Notes: a model not told the origin generated them from the sequence alone. A stretch of 24,000 nucleotides of DNA from an uncultured cyanobacterium (GCA_963711165.1 CAVQDG010000052.1:52927-76926), one strand, 5' to 3'. Shown: positions 1 through 8,876, counted from the first letter of the stretch. Made by a program: numbers and translations.

Positions 1-13
1 ACCACCTATACCA

Positions 14-1036
14 GTGCTAGTATTTACTGCTCATCAAAGTTTTGCAGACCGAGTAAAAGTAGCAAAACTGGGTGGTAAGGGATTTTTACAAAAACCAGTA
101 TTTCCTGCTCAAGTAATGGAAGCGATCGCTCAAATTATACAACAAGCCAATACCTTAGAAGCTCAACTCTTAATTGTAGATGACGATCCACAATTATTAA
201 ATTATTTACATAGTTTACTAACACCTTGGGGCTTTCAGATAAGTTTACTAGATGACCCGCGACAATTTTGGGAAATTTTAGAGCAATCTAATCCAGATTT
301 AATAATTTTAGATGTAGCTATGCCACATATTAGTGGTATTGAACTTTGTCAAGTTGTACGCAACGATCCACGCTGGAGTAATTTACCCATACTATTTTTA
401 TCTGCTCATACTGATGAGCAAACCATTGAACAGGTATTTGCAGCAGGTGCAGATGATTATGTCAGTAAACCCATTAGGGCAGTCGAGCTAATTGCACGAA
501 TACTAAATAGATTAGAACGGACACAGATATTACGTCAATTGGCAGAAATTGATCCCTTAACTAAACTAAGTAATCGTCGCAAATCTTTCCAAGACTTGAC
601 TCGTTTGTTACATTTGTCAACACGGCAAAATCAACCTTTATCATTTGCTTTAATAGATTTAGATCATTTTAAACAAGTCAACGATCAACATGGACATGAC
701 ATGGGCGATAAAGTACTTAGTTGGTTTGGACAAATTTTAAAACATTCATTCCGTAATGAAGATGTCGTAGCACGTTGGGGAGGCGAGGAATTTATTATTG
801 GTTTATACGGAAGTACCAAGCAACAGAGCGTAGAGAAACTTACAGACTTACTAAAAATTGTCAATCACAAAAAATTTATAGATGCAAATAAAACAAAATT
901 TCATGTTACATTCAGCGCAGGTATAGCAGAATCTTCTGAAGATGGCTATGATATCCAAAGTATGTATCGTGCTGCTGATGCAGCTTTGTATCAAGCCAAA
1001 GCAGGTGGACGCAATCAAATATTTACCGCATCATAA
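14..1036 (+). CDS. Response regulator / diguanylate cyclase (partial REC + REC + GGDEF); 5' end truncated by window edge
   Basis: The reading frame is open upstream of the GTG at 14 (PPIPVLVFTAHQSFADRVKVAKLGGKGFLQKPV reads as the end of a receiver domain). A second REC follows (LLIVDDDPQL...NPDLIILDVAMP...DYVSKPI). The GGDEF domain has IDPLTKLSNRR and a GGEEF active site, with a canonical RxxD I-site (RNED) five residues upstream. Confidence 0.93.
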   Translation: MLVFTAHQSFADRVKVAKLGGKGFLQKPVFPAQVMEAIAQIIQQANTLEAQLLIVDDDPQLLNYLHSLLTPWGFQISLLDDPRQFWEILEQSNPDLIILDVAMPHISGIELCQVVRNDPRWSNLPILFLSAHTDEQTIEQVFAAGADDYVSKPIRAVELIARILNRLERTQILRQLAEIDPLTKLSNRRKSFQDLTRLLHLSTRQNQPLSFALIDLDHFKQVNDQHGHDMGDKVLSWFGQILKHSFRNEDVVARWGGEEFIIGLYGSTKQQSVEKLTDLLKIVNHKKFIDANKTKFHVTFSAGIAESSEDGYDIQSMYRAADAALYQAKAGGRNQIFTAS

Positions 1037-1141
1037 TATTTGTTGTACTTATTAGCCGTGAAAAATGGCTAGATTCACCGAGTTTTTAGGAATTTTCTCA
1101 AAATTTGTCATAAAGTTTTTCAATTCACAAGGAAATAGCTA

Positions 1142-1543
1142 ATGAAACCTGAAGAAAATACCCCAGAAAACAAAATTTCATCTTGTCCAGAACAAACTCA
1201 AACATATCCATCTCCTCAATCAAACTATTTATATCAACAACAATTACAACTCCAACTCCAAGAAATCTGGAAAAAAAATAAACATACATATAATTCACGT
1301 CTAGAAGTGGTTGAGCAAGCGAGCCAAGCTTTAATCAATGGTAATCTTAGTCCAGAATTAAGAGAAGATGCTGTTATGCAAGTTCATACTATCAAAGGCT
1401 CTTTAGGAAGTTTAGGAATGGATAAAGCTTGTTCAATTTCTCAAGAAATTCAATATTTATTTGAAAAAGCAATTGTATTAACACCGATGGAATTAGAAAA
1501 TTTACAGAAATTGGTTATAGCCTTAAAAACAGAACTGCGATAA
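1142..1543 (+). CDS. Hpt-domain phosphotransfer protein
   Basis: 133 aa with an Hpt core motif, VHTIKGSLGSLGM. It lies 105 bp downstream of the REC-GGDEF gene on the same strand. Confidence 0.85.
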   Translation: MKPEENTPENKISSCPEQTQTYPSPQSNYLYQQQLQLQLQEIWKKNKHTYNSRLEVVEQASQALINGNLSPELREDAVMQVHTIKGSLGSLGMDKACSISQEIQYLFEKAIVLTPMELENLQKLVIALKTELR

Positions 1544-1594
1544 TTGCAGAAATTAGCGTTAAAGTGAGAAAATGTTGTAACAATTTAGCAATGT

Positions 1595-3388
1595 ATGCCT
1601 GGTAAGTTACCAAAAAAGCCGCAACAACCTGAATCAGTGTATCCGTTGCAGCGTTTAATTGACTATGGACGCGGTTATCGTGTACAAATATATCAAGCGA
1701 TCGCTTGCTCGATCTTAAACAAAATTTTTGACCTTGCGCCACCTGCTTTAATTGGGGCGGCAGTGGATGTAGTAGTCAAGCGACAAGACTCCCTAATTGC
1801 TCAATTAGGTGTTAAGGATGTTTTTCAGCAATTAGTCATTCTTTCTTTCCTCAGCTTGATTATATGGGGTCTAGAATCAGTATTTGAATATGCTTATGCC
1901 CGACTTTGGCGCAATTTAGCTCAAAATATTCAGCACAATTTACGCTTAGATGCTTACTCCCACCTGCAAGAGTTAGAATTAGCTTACTTTGAGGAACGAA
2001 GTACAGGCGGTTTGATGTCGATTCTGAGCGACGATATCAACCAATTAGAACGCTTTTTAGATATCGGCGCAAATGAAGTTATTCAAGTATCTACCACAGT
2101 TATAGTAATTGGTGGTGCATTCTTTATTTTGGCTCCTGGTGTCGCGTGGTGGGCGATGCTACCGATGCCTTTTATTTTATGGGGTTCGATTGCTTTCCAA
2201 AAACGCCTTGCTCCTTATTATGCCGAAGTACGGGAAAAAGTAAGTTTACTTAATAGTCGTTTTAACAATAATTTAAGTGGAATTACGACAATTAAAAGTT
2301 TTACTACTGAATTTTATGAGCAAGACCGGATTAGATTAGATAGTGAAGCTTATAGACAGAGTAACAGAAGAGCGATCGCACTTAGTGCTGCTTTTGTCCC
2401 TTTAATTCGCATTATTATTTTATTCGGGTTTACAGCAACCTTACTTTTAGGTGGAATGGATGCAGTTGCAGGGAGAATGTCTGTAGGTACTTACAGCGTG
2501 TTAGTCTTCCTTACCCAAAGGTTACTATGGCCGTTGACACGATTAGGTGATACTTTGGATCAGTATCAACGTGCAATGGCATCTACAAATCGAGTATTTA
2601 AGTTATTAGATACTCCCATTACTATCCACTCAGGACATTTATCACTACCTGCGGTACGCGGTGAAGTGGAATTAAATAATGTTACCTTTGCATACCTTGG
2701 TAGAGAGACAGTGATAAATAATCTCTCACTGTCTATTCCTGCGGGTAAAACTATTGCAATTGTTGGTTCTACTGGTTCTGGAAAGAGTACGCTAGTAAAA
2801 TTATTACTAAGATTGTACGAAATAGAGCAGGGAACTATCACCCTTGATGGTGTGAATATTCAGGATTTGCGATTACAAGATTTACGCCGTGCGATTGGTT
2901 TAGTTAGTCAGGATGTATTTTTATTTCATGGCACAGTAATCGAAAATATTATCTATGGTACTCCTGATGCTACATTACCTGAAGCGATCGCCGCCGCAAA
3001 AGTAGCTGAGGCACACGAATTTATTATCAATTTACCTAACGGCTATGACACGATTGTAGGCGAACGCGGGCAGAAATTATCAGGGGGACAACGACAAAGA
3101 ATAGCGATTGCGCGGGCGGTTTTGAAAAATCCACCGATTTTGATTTTAGATGAAGCGACATCGGCGGTAGATAATGAGACAGAAGCAGCTATACAGCGAT
3201 CGCTCGAACATATTACAATTAATCGGACAACAATTGCGATCGCGCACCGTCTATCTACTATCCGCAATGCTGATTGTATTTATGTCATGGAGCAAGGAAA
3301 ACTGGTAGAATCTGGACGACACGAAGAACTCTTAGAGCAAAATAAACTATATGCTAGTCTGTGGCGTGTCCAGTCAGGTATAAAATAA
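1595..3388 (+). CDS. ABC transporter, fused permease/ATP-binding exporter (MsbA/HlyB-like)
   Basis: N-terminal transmembrane domain, then Walker [10 protein letters not shown], signature [14 protein letters not shown], Walker [14 protein letters not shown]-loop AHRLST. 597 aa. Confidence 0.95.
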   Translation: MPGKLPKKPQQPESVYPLQRLIDYGRGYRVQIYQAIACSILNKIFDLAPPALIGAAVDVVVKRQDSLIAQLGVKDVFQQLVILSFLSLIIWGLESVFEYAYARLWRNLAQNIQHNLRLDAYSHLQELELAYFEERSTGGLMSILSDDINQLERFLDIGANEVIQVSTTVIVIGGAFFILAPGVAWWAMLPMPFILWGSIAFQKRLAPYYAEVREKVSLLNSRFNNNLSGITTIKSFTTEFYEQDRIRLDSEAYRQSNRRAIALSAAFVPLIRIIILFGFTATLLLGGMDAVAGRMSVGTYSVLVFLTQRLLWPLTRLGDTLDQYQRAMASTNRVFKLLDTPITIHSGHLSLPAVRGEVELNNVTFAYLGRETVINNLSLSIPAGKTIAIVGSTGSGKSTLVKLLLRLYEIEQGTITLDGVNIQDLRLQDLRRAIGLVSQDVFLFHGTVIENIIYGTPDATLPEAIAAAKVAEAHEFIINLPNGYDTIVGERGQKLSGGQRQRIAIARAVLKNPPILILDEATSAVDNETEAAIQRSLEHITINRTTIAIAHRLSTIRNADCIYVMEQGKLVESGRHEELLEQNKLYASLWRVQSGIK

Positions 3389-3407
3389 ACAATGACTTTA
3401 ATTATTG

Positions 3408-3506
3408 GTAGGATGGGTAGAGCGTAAGCGTTCGCGTAGCGTTTCCGAAGGAAATAACCCATCAAACCCATATTAATGTTGGGTTTTGTTCCTCAACCCA
3501 ACCTAC
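3408..3506. repeat. Intergenic inverted repeat (gtaggatgggt...acccaacctac) containing an embedded GCGTAAGCGTTCGCGTAGCGTTTCCGAAGGAA element
   Basis: Outer arms 3408-3418 and 3496-3506 are complementary except for one position. An inner pair aaaccca/tgggttt flanks 3470-3480. The embedded GCG-rich segment is at about 3420-3453. Confidence 0.6.
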
Positions 3507-3511
3507 ATCTA

Positions 3512-3536
3512 CTGATAATTGATAATTGATAATTGA
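3512..3536. repeat. Heptameric short tandem repeat (TTGATAA family, STRR-like)
   Basis: ctgataattgataattgataattg: three copies of a 7-bp unit. Confidence 0.75.
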
Positions 3537-3976
3537 AAATGATATTTGGTAGCACACCACCGGAAACTAAAGATAATCGCTGGAAACGCCAGTTAGATTT
3601 ATTTGTTAAAGAAAACAAACAAGAATTAGCTGCACTTTCATGGGGATTGTGGTTAGAAAATCAAGATACTCAAGGAACTATTGGTATTAACTTAAAACCC
3701 ACACCACGCTTTGTATATTGCCCAAAATCAGCAATAGAGGCACTTAATAATAACGTTGAAAACAAACTTCAAGAAATTTTAGGATTAGTAGATGCACATA
3801 ATCCTGAAAAAGAAGTTCTAATGATTGGAATTGGCGAAGATCAAATTAAGCTAATTAACTTTGAGCCAGAAATTGCACCACCTACTTGTTATGAGCAAGC
3901 TGCAACTGATGTTTATACATTATTAGATCAATTAGAGCAACGTTTGAGTCAACAAATAGAGACGGTAAAAAATTAA
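3533..3976 (+). CDS. Conserved hypothetical protein
   Basis: 147-aa ORF with normal codon structure (GTPPETKDNRWKRQLDLFVKENKQELAALSWGLWLENQ...). No domain recognised by eye. The track start is GTG/ATG-proximal; ATG at 3539 is an alternative start. Confidence 0.65.
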   Translation: MKMIFGSTPPETKDNRWKRQLDLFVKENKQELAALSWGLWLENQDTQGTIGINLKPTPRFVYCPKSAIEALNNNVENKLQEILGLVDAHNPEKEVLMIGIGEDQIKLINFEPEIAPPTCYEQAATDVYTLLDQLEQRLSQQIETVKN

Positions 3977-4021
3977 TGTAAATTAGTCCAGTAGCTCATT
4001 TACGATCAAAACAAATATTTA

Positions 4022-4156
4022 CATATAGCAATTTTCAGTCAATTGAGGTACAAAGTTAAAAAAATATTGTAGTGCGAGCATCTTGCTCGCTATATATTTC
4101 TAGCGAGCAAGATGCTCGCACTCCTGTACCTCATAAAGCCAGAAAACTGCTATATG
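4022..4156. mobile_element. MITE-like nested palindromic element (~135 bp)
   Basis: Terminal inverted repeats catatagcaattttc (4022-4036) and gaaaactgctatatg (4142-4156), 14/15 complementary. Second pair tgaggtaca (4044-4052)/tgtacctca (4125-4133), perfect. Central 22-bp perfect hairpin agtgcgagcatcttgctcgcta (4071-4092)/tagcgagcaagatgctcgcact (4101-4122) with an 8-nt loop. No ORF inside. Confidence 0.7.
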
Positions 4157-4218
4157 GGCGGGTAAAACCTGCGATATCTGTAAGTAAGCGGATTTCCTCT
4201 GGCAACCCGCCCCTACAA
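4156..4218. repeat. GGGCGGGT...ACCCGCCC intergenic inverted repeat
   Basis: 8-bp perfect arms at 4156-4163 and 4205-4212, directly abutting the MITE-like element and next to the convergent gene end. Confidence 0.5.
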
Positions 4219-4225
4219 AATTATG

Positions 4226-6238
4226 CTAAAAGCTAACTGATGAAGCAACATTTAACGGCAAAATAACTGTAAATGTTGTACCTACGCCAACCTCGCTATT
4301 AAATGTAATCTCACCTCCAGATAAATCCACCATCCGCTTAACAATAGACAATCCCAATCCAGTGCCTTGAATATTACCGACATTACTGGCGCGATGGAAT
4401 GATTCAAACAATTTTTCTTGGGATTCTTCAGGAATACCTATTCCATAGTCTTTTACTTGAAAAATTGCTTGCAAGTTTTGACAAGTTAGTAACAATTCAA
4501 CAATCCCTCCATTAGGAGAATACTTAATAGCATTTCCTAGTAAATTAGTTAGAATATGCAGGAGATTTTTTTCATCCATGACTGCATTTGTACATTCTCC
4601 TGTATTTGTAAAAACAATCTCATAATTATTACCAGTACTCAGTTTTATTTCGTTAACTACCTCAGAACAAAACTTTTGTAAATCCACCGCCGTTGGGTTT
4701 AACTCTAATTTCCCAGATTCAGATTTATTGATTGTTAAAATATCATCTAACAACCCAGTCATTCTGGTAGTTGCTGTTTCAATTTGCCCAAACAGTGAAG
4801 TCTTTTCTGATTCCGGTAACTTGTGTGAGTAGTATTTTAGTAACTCCGCAGAAGATAATATTGTTGCTAAAGGAGTCCGAAATTCATGGGAAGTTAAGGT
4901 AATAAAGCGAGACTTTAATTCATTAAGTTCCTTCTCCCTATTTAAAGCATTAATAATTTCCGTTTCTGCTTGCTTACGAGCAGTAATGTCTTGAAAGTTT
5001 AAGATAATGTAAAGAGTTTTTCCAGTATGATCCTTGACATTAGTAGCATCTATGAATACAGGAAAAATAGTTCCATCTTTACGGATGTGTAGGTTTTCAA
5101 GCATATATCTGTCATTAACCATAGCAAGACGAAAGTGTTCTGGGAAGCTAGGCAAAGCACTCGGAGCAAGCACCGTACTGAGGGAACATCCAGAAAGTTC
5201 TTCTACTGTATATCCGTGCATCGCAGCGAATGCGGGATTTATGATTTCTAAAACTTCACTACCTGGACTATTAACAACTAATCCTTGTCCGGTATGTTGA
5301 AAAATATCTGCCCACTGGCGTAACTTTCGCTCATATTCTTTGCGCTGGCTAATATCGAGGACGAAGCAGACACCTGTATCTGTTAATCCTTCTAATCTAC
5401 TTCCACCAATAAGAATAGGAACTCGGCTCCCATCAGAGCGAATCACTTCTTTTTCGTAGGGAGTAGCAACCCCAGTTTCAGCTATTTCATCAAGGGCTTT
5501 TTTATCTAAAGATAAATATTCTGGCGGAGTAAATTCCAACCAAGATAATTCTTTTATAAGTAAGTCATTTCGAGAATAGCCTAGTATTTTAAGAAAGGCA
5601 TCATTAACTTCTAAAACTTCTCCACCAATCTTCCAAAACAATATCCCGATCATATTTGAATCAAATATGCGGCGGAATCGAGCGGAATTTTCTTGCAAAG
5701 CTTCTTCAATTTGTTGGCGACGAATAATTTCTTGTTCTAACTTATTTACTGCATCCGTTAATTCAGAGGTGCGCGACTCCACTCGTTGTTCAAGGTCTTG
5801 TTTAATTTCTGTTAACTCCTGGTTTAATTCTTTAAGTTGTTGGTTAGCAATTTCTATTTGTTTCGGACTAGGTAACTCAAGTGCTTGGGGAATTAAGGGA
5901 AAAAGCCTGATAGCAGTATACACAGAAATTATTGCCGTCAATAATTTTACCGCTCCACTAAACCAGTAGTTAGGATGCCATAGTGTCCAAACTTCTATAA
6001 AGTGAGTAGTCCCGCAAGCAATAATGAATGCTCCGAATAAAAGAAATATCCAGTTAAATACTAAATCTTCCCTTTTGCGGACAAAATATATTAAAGTTGG
6101 AGGAATGACATAATATGCCAATCCAATCATAGAATCTGACACAATATGGAGGGCTACTAAGTTTGGTTTCCATAAATAGCAGTATCCATGTGGCATGAAA
6201 GGATTATTAGATATCAGACTTAATTCTGACAACATCAA
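4226..6238 (-). CDS. Ethylene-receptor-like sensor histidine kinase (ETR1-type membrane domain + coiled coil + PAS + PAS + HisKA + HATPase)
   Basis: The N-terminal three-helix membrane domain has SDSMIGLAYYVIPPTLIYFV and LLFGAFIIACGTTHFIEVWTLW. Two PAS domains follow, then HEFRTPLATILSSAEL (H-box), NLLGNAIKYSPNGG (N-box) and GTGLGLSIVKRMVDLSGG (G-box). 670 aa. Confidence 0.93.
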   Translation of the reverse strand: MMLSELSLISNNPFMPHGYCYLWKPNLVALHIVSDSMIGLAYYVIPPTLIYFVRKREDLVFNWIFLLFGAFIIACGTTHFIEVWTLWHPNYWFSGAVKLLTAIISVYTAIRLFPLIPQALELPSPKQIEIANQQLKELNQELTEIKQDLEQRVESRTSELTDAVNKLEQEIIRRQQIEEALQENSARFRRIFDSNMIGILFWKIGGEVLEVNDAFLKILGYSRNDLLIKELSWLEFTPPEYLSLDKKALDEIAETGVATPYEKEVIRSDGSRVPILIGGSRLEGLTDTGVCFVLDISQRKEYERKLRQWADIFQHTGQGLVVNSPGSEVLEIINPAFAAMHGYTVEELSGCSLSTVLAPSALPSFPEHFRLAMVNDRYMLENLHIRKDGTIFPVFIDATNVKDHTGKTLYIILNFQDITARKQAETEIINALNREKELNELKSRFITLTSHEFRTPLATILSSAELLKYYSHKLPESEKTSLFGQIETATTRMTGLLDDILTINKSESGKLELNPTAVDLQKFCSEVVNEIKLSTGNNYEIVFTNTGECTNAVMDEKNLLHILTNLLGNAIKYSPNGGIVELLLTCQNLQAIFQVKDYGIGIPEESQEKLFESFHRASNVGNIQGTGLGLSIVKRMVDLSGGEITFNSEVGVGTTFTVILPLNVASSVSF

Positions 6239-6429
6239 GTTTTCCTCATTTATATCAGTTAGCTTATTAGCAGTTAGCTTTTTATTCTACTTGCTAGTTC
6301 AATAGTTAGGTTATATAATTTTGTTATCAAGCTTTACCATGTCAATGTTATGAAACCTATTACATATTTATAAAATCGCTGATTTGCTTGATAAATCTGC
6401 CCATAGAGTAACACAAATTCTACTTTCTC

Positions 6430-6549
6430 AGGACTTACGCAGAAATCCCCCTAAATCCCCCTTAAAAAGGGGGACTTTGAATTCTCCCCCCCCTTAAAAA
6501 AGGGGGGTAGGGGGGGATCAAGGTTTCAGACTTTCGGTGTGTAAGTCCT
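6430..6549. mobile_element. MITE-like inverted repeat element (~120 bp) with internal C/G-rich hairpins
   Basis: aggacttacgca (6430-6441) versus tgtgtaagtcct (6538-6549), 11/12 complementary. The interior has ccccccttaaaaaaggggggtagggggg palindromic tracts and no ORF. Confidence 0.6.
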
Positions 6550-6575
6550 ATCTCTGAAAGAGGTAATAAATGCTA

Positions 6576-7490
6576 TTAATGTGATGATTTAGCGAATTGA
6601 ATAATATGTTGAGTAGTAATTTGTGGTTTTTCTAAATGAGGAACATGACCACAATCTTTAATCCAAATTAAGTGAGAATTGGGTATAGCTTGCTGAAACT
6701 TATTAGCATCTGCAATACCTAAGATGCGATCGCGTTCTCCCCACAAAATCATTGTATCTTGTGAAATGTGTGCTAACTTGTTAGCAAAAGAGCTATAACC
6801 ACCACTTTTGGTAAAAGCAATTAAAGCTTGGTTCCAATTAGACATTTCTAAGTGGAGTGCTGCACAAATCTGAGCGTCTAAGGAAACAAAGCTTTGGTCG
6901 TGATAAGCAGTTTCGCTGACTTTTTTTCTAACTTTAGGGCTGCGTAAAAATGAAGTAGCTAAGTATCCTAGAGGTGGAAATAAAAATTTACTTAAAGCTG
7001 AACCACCTTTAAAGCCCGCACTATCAATCAATACTAGCTTTTTAACTGCCTCTGGATAAGTTAAAGTAAAGTCAATTGCTGCTGCACCTCCCATCGAAGC
7101 ACCTACTAAAATTACAGGCTGCTGAATTAAGGTTTTCCAAAAATAGTAGAGATGTGTCTTAATAGCTGTAGGGCTAAATGGAATACCTGCGAGTCTTTCG
7201 GTAAATCCAAAACCGAGTAAATCTAATGCCCATGTTTCGTTGTCGGTAGCAAGCAAAGGTAAGAGGCGACGGAACTCAAACAGAGAGCTATCAAAGCCGT
7301 GTAGTAAGACGATAGGCGTTCCACCACTACCCTGATTAATATAGGTAGTGGGAATGGGTGTGAGGCTTAAGGAAGTGGCGATCGCTTCACGTTGAATACC
7401 TTGTGCCAGAGCAATTGAAGTAGGTTCTGTAAGCTGTTCAACTAACGCAGGCAGAAAATTAGCAAACATGGATTTTGATTGATTGGTCAT
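6576..7490 (-). CDS. Alpha/beta-fold hydrolase
   Basis: 304 aa with the HG motif region PIVLLHGFDSSLFEFR, nucleophile elbow GASMGG, DSAGFKGG, RILGIAD, and a C-terminal catalytic His region DCGHVPHLEKP. Confidence 0.9.
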   Translation of the reverse strand: MTNQSKSMFANFLPALVEQLTEPTSIALAQGIQREAIATSLSLTPIPTTYINQGSGGTPIVLLHGFDSSLFEFRRLLPLLATDNETWALDLLGFGFTERLAGIPFSPTAIKTHLYYFWKTLIQQPVILVGASMGGAAAIDFTLTYPEAVKKLVLIDSAGFKGGSALSKFLFPPLGYLATSFLRSPKVRKKVSETAYHDQSFVSLDAQICAALHLEMSNWNQALIAFTKSGGYSSFANKLAHISQDTMILWGERDRILGIADANKFQQAIPNSHLIWIKDCGHVPHLEKPQITTQHIIQFAKSSH

Positions 7491-7515
7491 TTGTCAAGAG
7501 AGGAGAGAGGAGGGA
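7490..7515. repeat. Short homopurine tract (gagaggagagaggaggga)
   Basis: aagagaggagagaggagggaaa immediately downstream (in + coordinates) of the hydrolase start. Shares the GAGGAGGGA core with other tracts in the window. Confidence 0.4.
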
Positions 7516-7530
7516 AATGGTGTTGCGTCA

Positions 7531-7562
7531 TTGTTAATTGATAATTGATAATTGATAATTGT
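7531..7562. repeat. Heptameric STRR (TTGATAA family)
   Basis: ttgttaattgataattgataattgataattg between the hydrolase start and the ABC ATPase stop. Confidence 0.75.
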
Positions 7563-8876
7563 TTAATTTCGTATTGCAATACCAGTATCTATATCAAATA
7601 AATGAATTTTATCTGGTGTTAATGATAACCAAAGTTCCTCACCAAGCCTGACAGGTCGATCTGGTGGAATTCTTACCTGTAGGTTAGATGCAGTTTTAAT
7701 ATCACTTAAGCGAACAGCTAAATAAGTTTCGTTGCCCAAAGCTTCTACTAATTCAACTTGCACTAAGAGATTTTTAGTAGCAGGAACACCAATGCTCAGG
7801 TGTTCTGGTCTAATGCCTAATAGTAAAGATTTTCCATCATATTTTTGCAATATTGGCTCCCAAAATTCTGGCAGGGTGAAGCGAAATTGGGAATGAGTAA
7901 TTACTAAAGGTGCTTTAAATTGGACAGGGATAAAATTCATTGGTGGTGAGCCAATAAATTCAGCAACGAAGCGGTTATTAGGACGGTTGTAGAGTTCTAG
8001 GGGTGTAGCAATTTGCTGAATTTGTCCAGCATTCATCACGGCAATGCGATCGCCCATTGTCATTGCTTCGGTTTGATCGTGGGTAACATAAATAGTAGTT
8101 GTACCTAGTTGCCGTTGCAATTTGACAATTTGAGCGCGAGTTTCGGCGCGAAGTTTCGCATCTAAATTAGATAAAGGTTCATCCATTAAAAAGACTTGCG
8201 GGTTACGTGCGATCGCCCGTCCCAGTGCAACTCGCTGTCTTTGTCCCCCAGATAATTGTTTCGGTAGTCGGTTTAAAAATGTTTCAATTTGTAATAGCTG
8301 GGCAACATGACGCACTTGCTGCTGAATAGATTTTTCCCTGGGAGTTGTGTAACGCAACCCTTTAGGAAGCGATCGCGTTGTTTCTACTAACAAATTCTCT
8401 GCCCATAAAGGTAAAGATTTCTTACCTTCTTCTGTCCTACTTTCTTGCTCATCTTCTCCCCTGCCCATACGTCGCAGCCCAAAGGCAATGTTGTCATACA
8501 CTGTCATGTGGGGATATAAAGCGTAATTTTGAAACACCATAGCGATGTCTCTTTCCTTGGGTGGTAAATCATTAATCAAGCGATCGCCCACCCAAATATT
8601 ACCGCCAGTTAAATCTTCCAGTCCAGCAATTACGCGCAGCAACGTACTTTTACCGCAACCAGAAGGACCAACCAATACCATAAATTCACCATCTGCGATC
8701 GCTAGGTTAATTCTTCGTAAAACCTTTGTACCTGATGCGGTCGGTGAACTATCTACTGCAATTAGTGGCGCTTCATCCGTAGGAGAAATTAAAGGTTCTG
8801 CTACTGGAGTAACAACCTGCTCATCTTTGCGAGATGAAAAGCTTTTATATACGTTTTCGATTACAACCTGTGCCAC
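7563..8876 (-). CDS. ABC transporter ATP-binding protein, MalK/UgpC-type sugar/glycerol-3-phosphate importer ATPase, with two low-complexity insertions
   Basis: Walker A GPSGCGKST, Q-loop MVFQNYALYPHMTVYDNIAFGL, signature [14 protein letters not shown], Walker B VFLMDEPLSNLDAKLR, H-loop VTHDQTEAMTMGDRIAVM, and a C-terminal regulatory TOBE-like domain. Confidence 0.92.
   Translation of the reverse strand: MAQVVIENVYKSFSSRKDEQVVTPVAEPLISPTDEAPLIAVDSSPTASGTKVLRRINLAIADGEFMVLVGPSGCGKSTLLRVIAGLEDLTGGNIWVGDRLINDLPPKERDIAMVFQNYALYPHMTVYDNIAFGLRRMGRGEDEQESRTEEGKKSLPLWAENLLVETTRSLPKGLRYTTPREKSIQQQVRHVAQLLQIETFLNRLPKQLSGGQRQRVALGRAIARNPQVFLMDEPLSNLDAKLRAETRAQIVKLQRQLGTTTIYVTHDQTEAMTMGDRIAVMNAGQIQQIATPLELYNRPNNRFVAEFIGSPPMNFIPVQFKAPLVITHSQFRFTLPEFWEPILQKYDGKSLLLGIRPEHLSIGVPATKNLLVQVELVEALGNETYLAVRLSDIKTASNLQVRIPPDRPVRLGEELWLSLTPDKIHLFDIDTGIAIRN

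Noticed and set aside
1515-1742. Minus-strand ORF overlapping the Hpt/ABC junction
   Set aside because: Overlaps the start of a well-supported exporter gene. Antisense shadow without motifs.
2566-3471. Minus-strand ORFs 2566..2841, 3043..3267, 3280..3471
   Set aside because: Shadow frames of the ABC exporter and its intergenic repeat. No recognisable products.
5034-5969. Two + strand ORFs (5034..5300, 5667..5969)
   Set aside because: Fully antisense to the histidine kinase with clear PAS/HisKA motifs.
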